Assembly: GCA_913775595.1 (NCBI GenBank)
Contig: CAJYLB010000001.1
Location: forward strand, 496,001 to 560,000
Source: an uncultured Aquiluna sp.
GTDB lineage: Bacteria; Actinomycetota; Actinomycetes; Actinomycetales; Microbacteriaceae
DNA: 64,000 nt
Direction: 5' to 3'
Shown one piece after another: positions 27,445-38,344 of the stretch. Positions within the stretch are counted from its first letter, which is position 1, and every line of letters starts with the position of its first letter. The notes below the pieces were generated by a model. It did no database searches. It worked only from the letters and a program-made list of their open reading frames with translations, and was not told where the DNA came from. Made by a program: the position numbers and the translations under genes.

Positions 27445-28436
27445 AGCTCTGAGAGGGCGCCTAAGCGGCTGACAGCCCTGAGGTATTTCTTGCGGTATCC
27501 ACCTTCGATCATGGTTTTTGAAAACACCTCTGTTACAGCCACATCCCCTGAGCTGCGAACAGGTATCTGCATTTCATAGAGCCGATCGACAAACACAACA
27601 AAACGAAGCGCGGGAACCTGGTCATGAAGTTGTTGGACGTTCGAAATTGCGAGGCTGCCTACGGCCGAGAGCAGCTTGCGAAACTTGGTGGGGTGAAGAG
27701 TTGCTAGATGTGCGAGCAAATCATTGAAGGAGTCCAAGTGTGCGCCTGTCTTGGCTGCCCAAGCCATGAGCTCAACGGGGTTCAAGATCGGTGCATGAGC
27801 ATCAGGGTCGCGATGACGGTAGTCCTCTCCGTCGATTCTGAGCACTTGGAAACGCTCCCCTAATCCCGCAATCTCTCGGGCAAAGTCCTCTGCTGCAAAC
27901 CTGCCTTCCCCAAGCGCGTTGGGGGGTGTATTAGAAGTTGCGGCAAATTTGACCCCGCGTCCCGCAAGCTCCTTGAGCAGCCTTGAGAGGATCATCGTGT
28001 CGCCAGGATCGTCAAGTTCAAACTCGTCTATACACACTAGCGAGAACTCCGAAAGACGCCGAACGGCCTCTTGGAAGCCGAGGAACCCAACTATTGAGGT
28101 GTATTCGAGGAAGGTTCCGAATGCCTTCTTACCTCTGAACTGGTGCCAAATGCTTGCCAGCAGGTGTGTCTTGCCAACCCCAAAACCGCCATCCAAATAG
28201 ACACCCGGTGGTTGCTCACCTCGTCCAAACAGCTTGCCCGTGTTTCCCGTTGCGAATTGTTTAGCTGCGTTAACAGCCGCCTGTTGGCTAGGAAAATCGG
28301 GGTCAGGTAGATAAGAATCGAAGGTTGCATTATCGAATTCGGGAGGTGGCACCAACTGTCGCATAAGCTCTTCTGCAGAGATGTCTGGAGAATAGCTACA
28401 TAGGGAATTGGGTCCCGAAGACCGCTGTTCACCCAA
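27441..28436 (-). CDS. zapE: Cell division ATPase ZapE (AFG1 family)
   Basis: GVYLDGGFGVGKTHL, CIDEFELDDPGD, TSNTPP, DGEDYR, VDRLY. Confidence 0.92.
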   Translation of the reverse strand: MGEQRSSGPNSLCSYSPDISAEELMRQLVPPPEFDNATFDSYLPDPDFPSQQAAVNAAKQFATGNTGKLFGRGEQPPGVYLDGGFGVGKTHLLASIWHQFRGKKAFGTFLEYTSIVGFLGFQEAVRRLSEFSLVCIDEFELDDPGDTMILSRLLKELAGRGVKFAATSNTPPNALGEGRFAAEDFAREIAGLGERFQVLRIDGEDYRHRDPDAHAPILNPVELMAWAAKTGAHLDSFNDLLAHLATLHPTKFRKLLSAVGSLAISNVQQLHDQVPALRFVVFVDRLYEMQIPVRSSGDVAVTEVFSKTMIEGGYRKKYLRAVSRLGALSEL

Positions 28437-28473
28437 ATGTCATCACCACCAGACCGCTAGTTTATGGAGATAA

Positions 28474-29358
28474 GTGCAGTCAATGAGCGAACAAGACAAG
28501 ATTTCCCAGTACTCACGCCCCGAAGCGTTGGTGACCACGGAATGGCTTTCCGGCAATCTCAGTGATGTGACCGTTGTGGAGTCCAATGAAGACATCCTGC
28601 TCTACGACACAGGCCACATTCCCGGAGCCGTGAAGCTCGATTGGCACACCGAGCTAAACGATCAGGTGAGGCGCGACTACCTAGATGGCGAGAACTTTGC
28701 GAAACTGATGCGCGACAAGGGGATCTCTAGAGATGACACCGTTGTCCTATACGGCGATAAATCAAACTGGTGGGCCGCTTACGCATTCTGGGTCTTCAAG
28801 CTATTCGGCCATGAGGACGTCCGTCTTCTTGATGGAGGCAGAATGAAATGGATAGCCGAAGGACGTGAGCTCACTACCGACAAGCCTCTCCGGCAGGCTG
28901 GCGATTACGAGACGGTAACCAGAGACGACAGCCGTATCCGAGCCTTCAGGGATGACATTGCCAAGCACCAGCCCTCCCCCATCATTGACATCCGCTCACC
29001 GCAGGAATACACCGGAGAGCGTCTTCACATGCCGGATTACCCAAATGAGGGAGCCGCTAGAGCGGGACACATTCCGAGTGCAAAAAACATACCCTGGGGA
29101 AGGCTCGTTCAAGAGGACGGCACCTTCAAGCCCCTTGGGGAACTTCAGGAGATTCTTTTTCAAGAGACTGGCGCGAAGCCAACCGATAAGTTCATCACCT
29201 ACTGCCGCATTGGAGAGCGCTCGTCGCTGACTTGGTTCGCCCTGAAGTATCTCGTTGGTGTCGAAGATGTAAGGAACTATGACGGTTCTTGGACCGAATG
29301 GGGCAATCTAGTCGGCGTTCCAATCGCCCAGGGTGACCAGCCAGGGGTTTTTGCTTGA
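28474..29358 (+). CDS. sseA: Tandem-rhodanese thiosulfate sulfurtransferase (SseA-like)
   Basis: [16 protein letters not shown] active-site loop, YDGSWTEWG; alternative start ATG 28483. Confidence 0.9.
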   Translation: MQSMSEQDKISQYSRPEALVTTEWLSGNLSDVTVVESNEDILLYDTGHIPGAVKLDWHTELNDQVRRDYLDGENFAKLMRDKGISRDDTVVLYGDKSNWWAAYAFWVFKLFGHEDVRLLDGGRMKWIAEGRELTTDKPLRQAGDYETVTRDDSRIRAFRDDIAKHQPSPIIDIRSPQEYTGERLHMPDYPNEGAARAGHIPSAKNIPWGRLVQEDGTFKPLGELQEILFQETGAKPTDKFITYCRIGERSSLTWFALKYLVGVEDVRNYDGSWTEWGNLVGVPIAQGDQPGVFA

Positions 29359-29771
29359 GTGCAAACGACATAGTCGAGGAGTTCAGTCTGATGCCGGACT
29401 CTGAGAAGCTTCAGTTGCTCCTCGAGTACAGCGAGGGTCTTCCCGATATTCCTGCAAAGTATGGAGAGAATCCAGAACTCATGGAACGCGTGGAAGAGTG
29501 CCAAGCTCCAGTATTCATAGCGGTCGAGGGCGACGAATCAGCAGTTGAGCTGTTCTTCTCAGCACCCAGGGAAGCTCCCACAACTAGGGGCTTCGCAGCC
29601 GTGCTACATGCCGCTCTAAATGCGAAAACAGCCCAGGAGATTATTGACCTCGACGATGATTTTCCAGGGCAGTTGGGTCTTGAGAAACTCATTTCCCCTC
29701 TTCGCGTAAGGGGAATGCGAGGTATGTTGTTTCGAATCAAGAGAAAGACCAAAGAGCTAGTTGCGAGTTAG
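29355..29771 (+). CDS. sufE: SufE family sulfur acceptor
   Basis: [28 protein letters not shown]; 4-bp overlap with sseA. Confidence 0.9.
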   Translation: MSANDIVEEFSLMPDSEKLQLLLEYSEGLPDIPAKYGENPELMERVEECQAPVFIAVEGDESAVELFFSAPREAPTTRGFAAVLHAALNAKTAQEIIDLDDDFPGQLGLEKLISPLRVRGMRGMLFRIKRKTKELVAS

Positions 29772-30285
29772 CGACATAGACCTAGGACTAGTCACAGCAT
29801 CATTGGTGGTCTCTCCATCTGGCGACCACGTCGGCAGCGATGGAACTAGCAAAACCCTTGGTGGCCAGGCTGATTTTGAGTGGTTTATTAGTCTTAGAAA
29901 TCGTGTAGAGGTGATCCTCACTTCGGGCAAGACCTACCGGGACGAAAGCTATAAGCCACCGAAAAAAGCTCAACTCGCAGTATTTTCAACTAAGCACGGC
30001 AGCGCAGACCTCTTTGATGGGGCAGTACGAATTGGTCCCAAGCAGGCAAGCGAATACGAAGGAGCAGTGCAGTATCTGCTTACTGAGGGTTATGGCTCAA
30101 TTCACTGCGAATTTGGACCCAAAGGCTTTATTGCCCTTGCCAGAGCGGGCTTTGTCGAGTGTTACCTGAGCTGCGAAACCACCGCGGGAATTCGAGCATT
30201 TTCAGAAAGGTACAGTCTCGACTACACGATTGCCGCGGACGAAGAGCTTGTGATTGCACGGATGGGCAGCGTGGCTGTCCTCTAA
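29761..30285 (+). CDS. Diverged RibD C-terminal / dihydrofolate reductase-like protein
   Basis: DGTSKTLGGQADFEWF..LR..V.VIL.S.KT.R.E.Y and IHCEFGP resemble RibD_C-fold motifs; 174 aa. Confidence 0.6.
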   Translation: MRVSDIDLGLVTASLVVSPSGDHVGSDGTSKTLGGQADFEWFISLRNRVEVILTSGKTYRDESYKPPKKAQLAVFSTKHGSADLFDGAVRIGPKQASEYEGAVQYLLTEGYGSIHCEFGPKGFIALARAGFVECYLSCETTAGIRAFSERYSLDYTIAADEELVIARMGSVAVL

Positions 30286-30314
30286 ATGGGTGATGTCGGG
30301 GTAATTTTTCGGTT

Positions 30315-30875
30315 GTGAACCTTGAATTGTCCGAAGTCTCAGAGACATTCAAGGGCATGCTCGCTGGAATCCAAGAAGTAAGTTCCAGGGAAGAGATTGT
30401 TCTGACTCAGATCCCATCCCCAAAGGGGATCGCTCCGGAAGCAATCGCAATAAGTGCCGAAGTCGCACACGAAACCGCCTCAGACCATGGAGTGAGCAGG
30501 CTCGTGTTTTGTCGCGACCCTCAGATGCCAGAGGGCTGGCACTCCGAATTTAGGATCATTGGTTATGCCAAGAGTCCTATTGAGCTAGAGATGGCAAAAG
30601 ATGACTACACATCTGCCATGCCATGGGAGTGGCTTCGCGACAGCCTAGAGTCCGCAGGAGCGAAGTTTGCCCACGAAGCGGGCACAACAACAACGGTTGT
30701 CTCTACGGGGCATGGAGCCCTGGTAGCCCAGCCTCAGCACGGAGAGCTCGAGATCCGGGCGAGCTGGGCACCACTGGATTTCGACCTTTCGAATCACTTG
30801 CGCGGCTGGATTGAGCTGGTCGCGCTTATCTCCGGCCTTCCCCCAGCAGATGGCAAGGTCGTGAGGCTCGGTTGA
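30315..30875 (+). CDS. DUF3000 family protein
   Basis: IPSPKGIAP, EGW..EFR, GTTT, ELEIRASWAP; directly upstream of rnd. Confidence 0.8.
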   Translation: MNLELSEVSETFKGMLAGIQEVSSREEIVLTQIPSPKGIAPEAIAISAEVAHETASDHGVSRLVFCRDPQMPEGWHSEFRIIGYAKSPIELEMAKDDYTSAMPWEWLRDSLESAGAKFAHEAGTTTTVVSTGHGALVAQPQHGELEIRASWAPLDFDLSNHLRGWIELVALISGLPPADGKVVRLG

Positions 30876-32053
30876 AGCTAGAGACTCCAAGATTCCCGGT
30901 TATCTATGTTGCGACGAAGGAAACCCTAGATGAACTCGTGGCAGACCTCGCGCACCAGGAGCTAATCGGGCTAGACGCAGAGCGAGCCAGCGGCTTTCGA
31001 TACTCCCACCGGGCCTACCTCGTCCAAATCTCGACTCGTGCGGGCAAGAACTACCTTGTAGATCCGGAGGCATTCACCGAGAGTGAGTGGGCAATCAAGC
31101 TCGCGCAGGCAATGGCGAACAAAACCTGGATTCTCCACGCGGCGACCCAAGACCTACCCTGCCTCGCGGAACTCGGGATTGTTCCCACGAAACTCATCGA
31201 TACCGAGTTGGCCGCGCGCCTGGCCGGGCTTGAGCGATTCGGACTCGCCTCGCTTGCAGAGTCCTTGCTCGATATAGAACTTGCCAAGGAACACTCCGCA
31301 GCCGACTGGTCACAGCGCCCGCTGCCGGAAAGCATGCTCAACTATGCGGCGCTAGATGTAGACATTCTGTTTGAGCTGTGGGATGGCCTAGAGACCTTGC
31401 TTTTAGAACAGGGCAAACTCGATTGGGCTTATCAAGAGTTTGACCACCTCACGCATTTCAAGGCGAAGGAGCCCGCGACTGAGCCATGGCGCCATCTGCC
31501 TGGCATGAGCAAGATCAAGGATCTCAAGAAGCAGCAGATTGCGGCGTCGTTGTGGGAAGCGAGAAATCGAATTGCCCTCGAGAAGGACGTGGCTCCAGGA
31601 AGGCTCATACCAGACCGTTCAATTGCTGCGGTAGTGTCCGATCCACCCAAGAGTAAATCTGAACTTGCAGCAAATAAACAGTTTCAGGGTCGCGCCTCAA
31701 GGAGCATGCTGGATGTGTGGTGGAAGGCTATTGCCTCACATAAAGAGATAGAAATTGGTGAAGAGCCGCGAAGTGCAGACTTCATGCCGAATCATCGATC
31801 TTGGGAAAAGAGATTTCCAGAGGCGCATCAGCGACTTTCTTCTATTCGCCCGCTGATCGCATCTAAGGCCGAGGAGCTCGGGATGCCTGTTGAGAACCTG
31901 CTGACTCCCAACACACTGCGAAGAGTTTGTTTTGAACCCGGTCCTGATATCCAAAAACAACTGGATCGACTCGGGGCTCGTCCCTGGCAAATAGCGACTT
32001 GCTTGCCGCTTATTGAGGCTGGTCTTGCTGCTCCTGCGCCAACAGAGGCTTAG
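30872..32053 (+). CDS. rnd: Ribonuclease D (DEDDy exonuclease plus HRDC)
   Basis: DAERASGFRY, HAATQDL, DTELAARL, DWSQRPLP, YAALDV, HRDC segment. Confidence 0.92.
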   Translation: MKLETPRFPVIYVATKETLDELVADLAHQELIGLDAERASGFRYSHRAYLVQISTRAGKNYLVDPEAFTESEWAIKLAQAMANKTWILHAATQDLPCLAELGIVPTKLIDTELAARLAGLERFGLASLAESLLDIELAKEHSAADWSQRPLPESMLNYAALDVDILFELWDGLETLLLEQGKLDWAYQEFDHLTHFKAKEPATEPWRHLPGMSKIKDLKKQQIAASLWEARNRIALEKDVAPGRLIPDRSIAAVVSDPPKSKSELAANKQFQGRASRSMLDVWWKAIASHKEIEIGEEPRSADFMPNHRSWEKRFPEAHQRLSSIRPLIASKAEELGMPVENLLTPNTLRRVCFEPGPDIQKQLDRLGARPWQIATCLPLIEAGLAAPAPTEA

Positions 32054-33932
32054 CTTTAGGGACTCTGGTCCCAACCACCTGCTCGACAACCTCCATAGCA
32101 ATTTGTTTGTCAGTGAGACCGAGTCGCTCGAGTATTTCGTCTCTTTCGGCGTGCTCCAGGAACTCCGCTGGGATTCCGACCTCGTGAAGACCAGTGTCGA
32201 TCTGAGACTCTCTTAGGCTTTGACGCAATCTGGAACCGAAGCCTCCGACCCTGACACCATCCTCGAGGGTGACAACCAGTCGATGCTTGGCGGCTAGCTC
32301 CACGAGGTCTCGATTTATGGGCAAGATCCATCGCGGGTCAACAACTGTTGAGCCAATCCCCTGTTGCTCAAGGAGATTCGCAACTCGCATTGCCAGATGG
32401 GCAAAGGGTCCAACACCGACCAATAGCACGTCCTGTGTGTCAGTATCGCGAAGCAAATCTGCGCCATGCTCAAGTCTTCTCAACGCTGGCAGGGGTCTTG
32501 CAACACTGCCCTTCGGGAAGCGGATAACCGAGGGCGCATCCTCGATCATCGTGGCTTCACCAAGGTTTACACGAAGGGCTGATTCATCTCTGGGCGCTGC
32601 AATCTGAATCCCAGGAACAACCTGAAGCATTGACATGTCCCACATCCCGTGGTGGGAAGCTCCATCTGGACCTGTAACACCCGCTCTATCCAAGACGAAT
32701 GTGACTCCAGCCTTATGAAGGGCAACATCCATCAACACCTGATCAAAGGCGCGATTGAGGAAGGTGGAGTAAACAGCAACAACAGGGTGGAGGCCACCAA
32801 AAGCCATGCCAGCGGCAGCTGTGACAGCATGCTGCTCCGCGATGCCGACGTCAAACACTCGGTCGGGATACTTATCAGCGAGTGCGTCCATCCCAACTGG
32901 AATGAGCATGGCTCCCGTAATTCCCACGAGCTTTTCGTTCTTGTCCGCAAGCTTGACCAGTTCGTCGCCGAATACTGAGGTCCAGCTCGGCTCGCTTGAA
33001 GCCTTGATGGGCAGTCCACTCTCGGGGTTTATTTTTCCCACGGCGTGAAACTGATCCGCCTGATCTTCCAATGCCGGCGTGTAGCCACGACCCTTTTGCG
33101 TAATCGCATGAACTATCACTGGCTGTCCCAGCGTCTTGGCCTGTTTTAGAACGCTCTCTAGCTCCTCTAGATTGTGCCCATCAATCGGACCGAGATGCTT
33201 GATGTCGAGGTTCGGGAAGATTCCCTTGGGCACGCCGAAGCTAAGAATTGAGTCAAGGAAGGCATGCGAGGCGTTGAAAAGTACTCGACCAATTGGACCC
33301 AGCAGAGAGAAGACTCTCTTAGAGATTCGATAACCTTCGCGGTACCAAGGCTCGGTACGAATGTTGGAAAGACCACGGGCTAGCCCACCAATGGTTGGAG
33401 CATAGGACCGACCGTTGTCATTGACGATGATGACAAGGTTCCTGTCGTTGTCGTCTGTGATGTTGTTCAAGGCTTCCCACGCCATTCCACCGGTAAGAGC
33501 ACCGTCGCCAATCAAAGCAACGACATGCCGATCTGTTTGTCCAGTTGCCTTGAAAGCCCTAGAGATCCCATCCGCCCATGACAGAGACGTCGACGCGTGG
33601 GAGTTCTCAACGACATCATGTTCCGATTCAGACCGTTGCGGGTAGCCAGCAATACCTCCTGCCTGCCGCAAAGCTGAAAAGTCTTGCCTGCCGGTCAGGA
33701 GCTTGTGAACATATGACTGGTGTCCAGTGTCAAACACGACGGCGTCGTTTGGCGAATCGAAGACCCGGTGGATTGCCATCGTAATCTCAACCACGCCTAG
33801 GTTCGGGCCTAGGTGGCCACCAGTCTTCGACACAGTGTCGATGAGGTACTCGCGGATCTCCTGCGTGAGCTTGTTTAGTTCGCTCTTATCAAGATTCCTA
33901 AGATCTTTGGGCGAGCCGATTTTCTCTAGCAT
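32010..33932 (-). CDS. dxs: 1-deoxy-D-xylulose-5-phosphate synthase
   Basis: GGHLGPNLGVVE, FDTGHQSY, GDGALTGGMAWEALNN, GIAEQH, DRAG..GPDGASH. Confidence 0.98.
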   Translation of the reverse strand: MLEKIGSPKDLRNLDKSELNKLTQEIREYLIDTVSKTGGHLGPNLGVVEITMAIHRVFDSPNDAVVFDTGHQSYVHKLLTGRQDFSALRQAGGIAGYPQRSESEHDVVENSHASTSLSWADGISRAFKATGQTDRHVVALIGDGALTGGMAWEALNNITDDNDRNLVIIVNDNGRSYAPTIGGLARGLSNIRTEPWYREGYRISKRVFSLLGPIGRVLFNASHAFLDSILSFGVPKGIFPNLDIKHLGPIDGHNLEELESVLKQAKTLGQPVIVHAITQKGRGYTPALEDQADQFHAVGKINPESGLPIKASSEPSWTSVFGDELVKLADKNEKLVGITGAMLIPVGMDALADKYPDRVFDVGIAEQHAVTAAAGMAFGGLHPVVAVYSTFLNRAFDQVLMDVALHKAGVTFVLDRAGVTGPDGASHHGMWDMSMLQVVPGIQIAAPRDESALRVNLGEATMIEDAPSVIRFPKGSVARPLPALRRLEHGADLLRDTDTQDVLLVGVGPFAHLAMRVANLLEQQGIGSTVVDPRWILPINRDLVELAAKHRLVVTLEDGVRVGGFGSRLRQSLRESQIDTGLHEVGIPAEFLEHAERDEILERLGLTDKQIAMEVVEQVVGTRVPKAKPLLAQEQQDQPQ

Positions 33933-33967
33933 GCTCGTGTCAACCCCAATTGTCCCCCGGTTATGCC

Positions 33968-36640
33968 TTATGCCACCAATGACCTCAACACATACTGCAG
34001 GATGCCACCGTTTCGGTAGTAGTCGGCCTCGCCGGGCGTATCGATACGCACCACAGCGTCAAACACAATGTCCTGCTTTCCCGTTGGTGAGTGAGAAGTA
34101 GGGCTAGCCACAACTCTTACAGTTTTTGGAGTCTCACCCTGGTTGAGCTGCTCAATGCCGGAAACGGTAAATGATTCTGTTCCGTCGAGACCCAAAGAAG
34201 CCGCGGTCTGACCAGCAGGGAACTGCAAGGGCAAGACGCCCATGCCAATTAGGTTGCTGCGGTGAATACGCTCAAAGCTCTCCGCTATAACTACTTTTAC
34301 TCCAAGCAAGGATGTGCCCTTGGCTGCCCAATCCCTAGACGACCCGGATCCATACTCCTTGCCCGCAAGCACCACTAGTGGGATGCCTGCTTTCGCATAG
34401 TTTTCGGAAGCGTCGAAGATGAAGCTTTGGGAACCGTCCGGAGTGGTGAAGTCTCTCGTGTAGGTACCCTCCACGTCTTCAAGCAGTTGATTTCGCAGTC
34501 TGATGTTTGCGAAGGTTCCACGAATCATCACCTCGTGGTTTCCCCGCCTCGAGCCGTAGGAGTTGAAATCAACCCTCGAGACTCCCCTGTCACTGAGGTA
34601 CTTACCGGCTGGAGAGTCCACCTTTATAGATCCAGCTGGGGAGATGTGGTCTGTCGTTACCGAGTCACCAAGCTTGACCAGCACCCTGGCTCCCTCGACG
34701 TCGTTTACCGGCTGCGGCTCAAGTTTCATGCCTTCGAAGTAAGGAGGCTTCTTGACGTAGGTGGAGTTATCATCCCATTCGAAGAGGGCGCCCTCAGGGG
34801 TCGGCAATGACCTCCAACGATCGTCGCCGTCAAATACTGATGAGTACTGCGAGGTGAACATTTCGCTGCTTATGGAGCTGTCGATAGTTGCCTGTACCTC
34901 ATCTGGCGTTGGCCAAATGTCAGACAGGAACACGTCGTTACCATCGCTATCGGTGCCGAGCGGGTCGTTTTCAAAGTCGAAGTCCATGGTTCCGGCTAGT
35001 GAATAGGCAATAACCAGCGGAGGCGAAGCGAGGTAGTTCATCTTCACATCTGGGTTGATGCGACCCTCAAAGTTTCTGTTACCGGAAAGCACAGCCGTTA
35101 CCGCTAGGTCGCCCTCATTCACGGCACTTGAAATCTCCTCATCCAAGGGGCCGGAGTTACCAATGCAGGTCGTGCAACCATAGCCAACGAGGTTGAATCC
35201 GAGCTGGTCGAGGTAGCTGGTTAGCCCAGACTTCTCGTAGTACTCGGTAACCACCTTGGAACCTGGTGCAAGTGAGGTCTTCACCCAGGGCTTTGCAGTA
35301 AGGCCCTTCTCGACCGCCTTCTTTGCAAGCAATCCAGCCGCAAGCATTACTGATGGGTTCGAGGTGTTGGTGCAGGAGGTAATAGAGGCAATCGTTACTG
35401 CACCATGGTCAATCGCAAAGTCCTTGCCATTTACTGGCACAGGAGCACTGAATGCGTCGGCATAGCTCTCAAGATCCTTTGCGAAAGAGCTCTTGCTGGC
35501 GGTCAGGGCGATTCGATCCTGGGGCCTCTTCGGCCCCGCTATTGACGGCACGACCGTTGAGAGGTCTAGTTCGAGATATTCGGAGTAGACAGGCTCAATT
35601 TCGGGGTCGTGCCATAGCCCCTGGGCCTTGGTGTAGGCCTCGACCAGTGCTACCTGCTCATCAGAGCGGCCAGTGGTGCGTAGGTAGTCCAGGGTTACTT
35701 CATCGATTGGGAAGATGGCAACGGTTGAGCCAAATTCTGGAGACATGTTTCCAATAGTTGCGCGGTTTGCAAGAGGAACACGGGTTACACCTTCACCATA
35801 GAACTCAACAAACTTGCCGACAACGCCGTGTTGTCTAAGCATCTCGGTAATTGTCAGAACGACATCTGTTGCGGTGGCACCGACGGGGATGTCGCCGGTG
35901 AGCTTAAATCCAACGACCCTTGGAATAAGCATAGAAACGGGCTGACCCAGCATTGCGGCCTCCGCCTCGATGCCTCCGACTCCCCAACCGAGGACTCCCA
36001 GACCGTTAACCATGGTTGTGTGGCTGTCGGTTCCAACGCAGGAATCTGGGTAGGCGACAATGTCGTCTCCCACCTGCTTGGTCATCACGGTGCGGGCGAG
36101 ATACTCGATGTTGACCTGGTGAACAATTCCCGTCCCGGGAGGTACCACCTTGAAGTTGTCAAAAGCCGTCTGTCCCCAACGTAGGAACTGATAGCGCTCT
36201 CCGTTGCGCTGGTACTCATACTCCACATTGCGCTCGGCAGCGTCTGGGCTACCGGCTACGTCGATTACCACCGAATGATCGATTACCATCTCTGCTGGGG
36301 CTAACGGGTTTATTTTCTGGGGATCTCCGCCCAGCTCCTGGACTGCCTCGCGCATGGTTGCCAGATCAACAACACAGGGCACCCCAGTGAAGTCCTGCAT
36401 GATTACCCTGGCAGGCGAAAACTGAATCTCCGTGTTTGGCTCAGCCTTTGGGTCCCAGTTCACAAGGGCTTCGACGTGAGCATCGGTGACGTTTGCACCG
36501 TCTTTGGTCCGCAGCATGTTCTCGAGAAGAATCTTCAAAGAGTAGGGAAGTTTTGACACCCCAAGTGACTGCATGTCGAAGTACTTATAGGTCTTACCGC
36601 CAACCTCCAAATTGGTTGCACTCGATAGATCTGGTGTCAT
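33968..36640 (-). CDS. acnA: Aconitate hydratase A
   Basis: [51 protein letters not shown]. Confidence 0.98.
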   Translation of the reverse strand: MTPDLSSATNLEVGGKTYKYFDMQSLGVSKLPYSLKILLENMLRTKDGANVTDAHVEALVNWDPKAEPNTEIQFSPARVIMQDFTGVPCVVDLATMREAVQELGGDPQKINPLAPAEMVIDHSVVIDVAGSPDAAERNVEYEYQRNGERYQFLRWGQTAFDNFKVVPPGTGIVHQVNIEYLARTVMTKQVGDDIVAYPDSCVGTDSHTTMVNGLGVLGWGVGGIEAEAAMLGQPVSMLIPRVVGFKLTGDIPVGATATDVVLTITEMLRQHGVVGKFVEFYGEGVTRVPLANRATIGNMSPEFGSTVAIFPIDEVTLDYLRTTGRSDEQVALVEAYTKAQGLWHDPEIEPVYSEYLELDLSTVVPSIAGPKRPQDRIALTASKSSFAKDLESYADAFSAPVPVNGKDFAIDHGAVTIASITSCTNTSNPSVMLAAGLLAKKAVEKGLTAKPWVKTSLAPGSKVVTEYYEKSGLTSYLDQLGFNLVGYGCTTCIGNSGPLDEEISSAVNEGDLAVTAVLSGNRNFEGRINPDVKMNYLASPPLVIAYSLAGTMDFDFENDPLGTDSDGNDVFLSDIWPTPDEVQATIDSSISSEMFTSQYSSVFDGDDRWRSLPTPEGALFEWDDNSTYVKKPPYFEGMKLEPQPVNDVEGARVLVKLGDSVTTDHISPAGSIKVDSPAGKYLSDRGVSRVDFNSYGSRRGNHEVMIRGTFANIRLRNQLLEDVEGTYTRDFTTPDGSQSFIFDASENYAKAGIPLVVLAGKEYGSGSSRDWAAKGTSLLGVKVVIAESFERIHRSNLIGMGVLPLQFPAGQTAASLGLDGTESFTVSGIEQLNQGETPKTVRVVASPTSHSPTGKQDIVFDAVVRIDTPGEADYYRNGGILQYVLRSLVA

Positions 36641-36654
36641 AAAAGAGTCTTCTC

Positions 36655-37335
36655 CTAGTTATTCTCTGCCTCTAATTTACCCTGCGCGTCGGTCGCAATT
36701 CTCTTGAGCATGATCCACGTAAGTGCGAGTAGTCCTGCGTAGGCGGGCGCTCCCATGACTACTCGAGATGCGGCTAGTAACTCAACTTCGCCTGCAAGGT
36801 ATAGCGGGACCTGTACGGCAAGCCTTGCTCCGAAGAAGCCCACCCAGATGAGGCTGACCAGCCTCAATCTCTTGTACTGGGGAGAGTTACGCCAACCCTG
36901 AATACCAAACAGCAGCTGTGCAACGTAGCCCATGAGTGGTCTTCTAATTAGCACGGAAAGCAAAAATGCTGCTCCGTAGGCTGCGTTGGTGAAGAATCCG
37001 GGTAGAAAATAGTCGGCAGCCTGGCCACCGTCTCTAAGCGCTAAAAAGGCCGCTAGCGCGATCGCTAGGGCACCAATTACGGCCTGCTGGAGCGACTGAC
37101 GCCTCACAAGCCTGAGCAAAATAAAGGTGAGAGACAGACCTGCAGCCCCTCCGACCGCATAGATAGCCTCGGTAGTTATGGCATAAATTATCGAAAATGC
37201 GGTTGCTGGAAGCACCGCCTCTGCAATACCAAGAGTCCCGCCAATCCCAGCAAGCAGGGACTTGGAGTTAAGTTCGTAACCACTACCGGACTTCTCAAGA
37301 CCCAGCCTGCGAGCGACATCCTCTGGGTTACTCAT
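36655..37335 (-). CDS. DUF3159 family membrane protein
   Basis: Multi-[28 protein letters not shown]; dut-DUF3710-DUF3159 order; alternative start GTG 37341. Confidence 0.8.
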   Translation of the reverse strand: MSNPEDVARRLGLEKSGSGYELNSKSLLAGIGGTLGIAEAVLPATAFSIIYAITTEAIYAVGGAAGLSLTFILLRLVRRQSLQQAVIGALAIALAAFLALRDGGQAADYFLPGFFTNAAYGAAFLLSVLIRRPLMGYVAQLLFGIQGWRNSPQYKRLRLVSLIWVGFFGARLAVQVPLYLAGEVELLAASRVVMGAPAYAGLLALTWIMLKRIATDAQGKLEAENN

Positions 37336-37891
37336 TTTCACCAGTGGGCAGTTTGAGGGGTAATAGGTCTCCAGGAGGCATCGCTACATCGCCCCTATTG
37401 ACGGCGGTCGATCTGAAAATGGCAATCAAGCGCTCGTAGTTTGCACCCATGAGCTCGGGCCCTGACATCACTCCTCTTAGAAACCACCGAGGCCCGTCAA
37501 CCCCTAGAAAAACACTCCTGCGCATCACTTTGGTGTCACCAGCAATTGCGGGCACAGAGGCGTGCAATTCAGGCCCTATAGCCCCTTTTAGCTCCTCTGC
37601 CTGACCGCCTTGAGACGCTATTCCGCTTGCAAGTGCCTGCATAGTTGTGGCCCACAGACCATCATTCTTTGTGGAGGCGAATGCTTGAAGCTGTATTCGA
37701 TGCGAATCAACCTCGAGTGTTAGAGCAACAACCCGCTTGGATTTCTCATCAATGTCTGCCCGTATTTTCATGTCGGGATAGGGCGAAATGCGTATAGAGC
37801 CAAAGTCAAGATATGGCGTCAGAAGGCCAATCTCGGATACATCGAAAGGTCCTTTGGTAGCGCGATCGGTTGGCGCGATCTTTTCTGACAC
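37328..37891 (-). CDS. DUF3710 family protein
   Basis: GPFD, LDFGS, QLQAFA, GVDGPRWFLRGV, RGD.AMPP. Confidence 0.85.
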   Translation of the reverse strand: MSEKIAPTDRATKGPFDVSEIGLLTPYLDFGSIRISPYPDMKIRADIDEKSKRVVALTLEVDSHRIQLQAFASTKNDGLWATTMQALASGIASQGGQAEELKGAIGPELHASVPAIAGDTKVMRRSVFLGVDGPRWFLRGVMSGPELMGANYERLIAIFRSTAVNRGDVAMPPGDLLPLKLPTGENE

Positions 37892-38322
37892 TAGTTTTTC
37901 CCCGAAGAGCCAAAACCACCATCGCCCCGAGCGGACTCTGGTAGCTCTGATACAGCAATGAAGTCTGCCCGATCTACCCTCTGAAAGAGAAGCTGAGCTA
38001 TGCGGTCGCCCCTCCTAACCTCGAATGGCTCGTTGGAGGTATTCAAAAGAGTGACCATAATCTCCCCTCGGTAACCCGCATCAACTGTTCCAGGAGTGTT
38101 CAAAACCGTAATGCCATGTTTTGCTGCGAGCCCTGACCTTGGGTGGACCAGGCCTACGTAGCCATTAGGCATAGCAATCTTGACGCCAGTCTTAACAAGC
38201 TGCCTTCCACCAGCTGGAATCACATGGTCCTCGGTTGATTTTAGGTCAGCACCGGCATCGCCAGGCTTGGCATAGACAGGCTCAAAACCAGGTTCTGCGA
38301 TTATCAGTACTTCAACGCTCAC
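37891..38322 (-). CDS. dut: dUTP diphosphatase
   Basis: GDAGADL, PRSGLA, GTVDAGYRGE, GDRIAQL, RGDGGFGSSG. Confidence 0.97.
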   Translation of the reverse strand: MSVEVLIIAEPGFEPVYAKPGDAGADLKSTEDHVIPAGGRQLVKTGVKIAMPNGYVGLVHPRSGLAAKHGITVLNTPGTVDAGYRGEIMVTLLNTSNEPFEVRRGDRIAQLLFQRVDRADFIAVSELPESARGDGGFGSSGKN

Positions 38323-38328
38323 CCGACG

Positions 38329-38338
38329 AGCGTAATCT
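38329..38338. promoter_or_regulatory. Overlapping divergent -10 elements for leaderless dut and DUF3093
   Basis: TAATCT (+, 38333-38338) is 6 nt before GTG 38345; TACGCT (-, 38334-38329) is 6 nt before GTG 38322. Confidence 0.65.
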
Positions 38339-38344
38339 ATTGGG

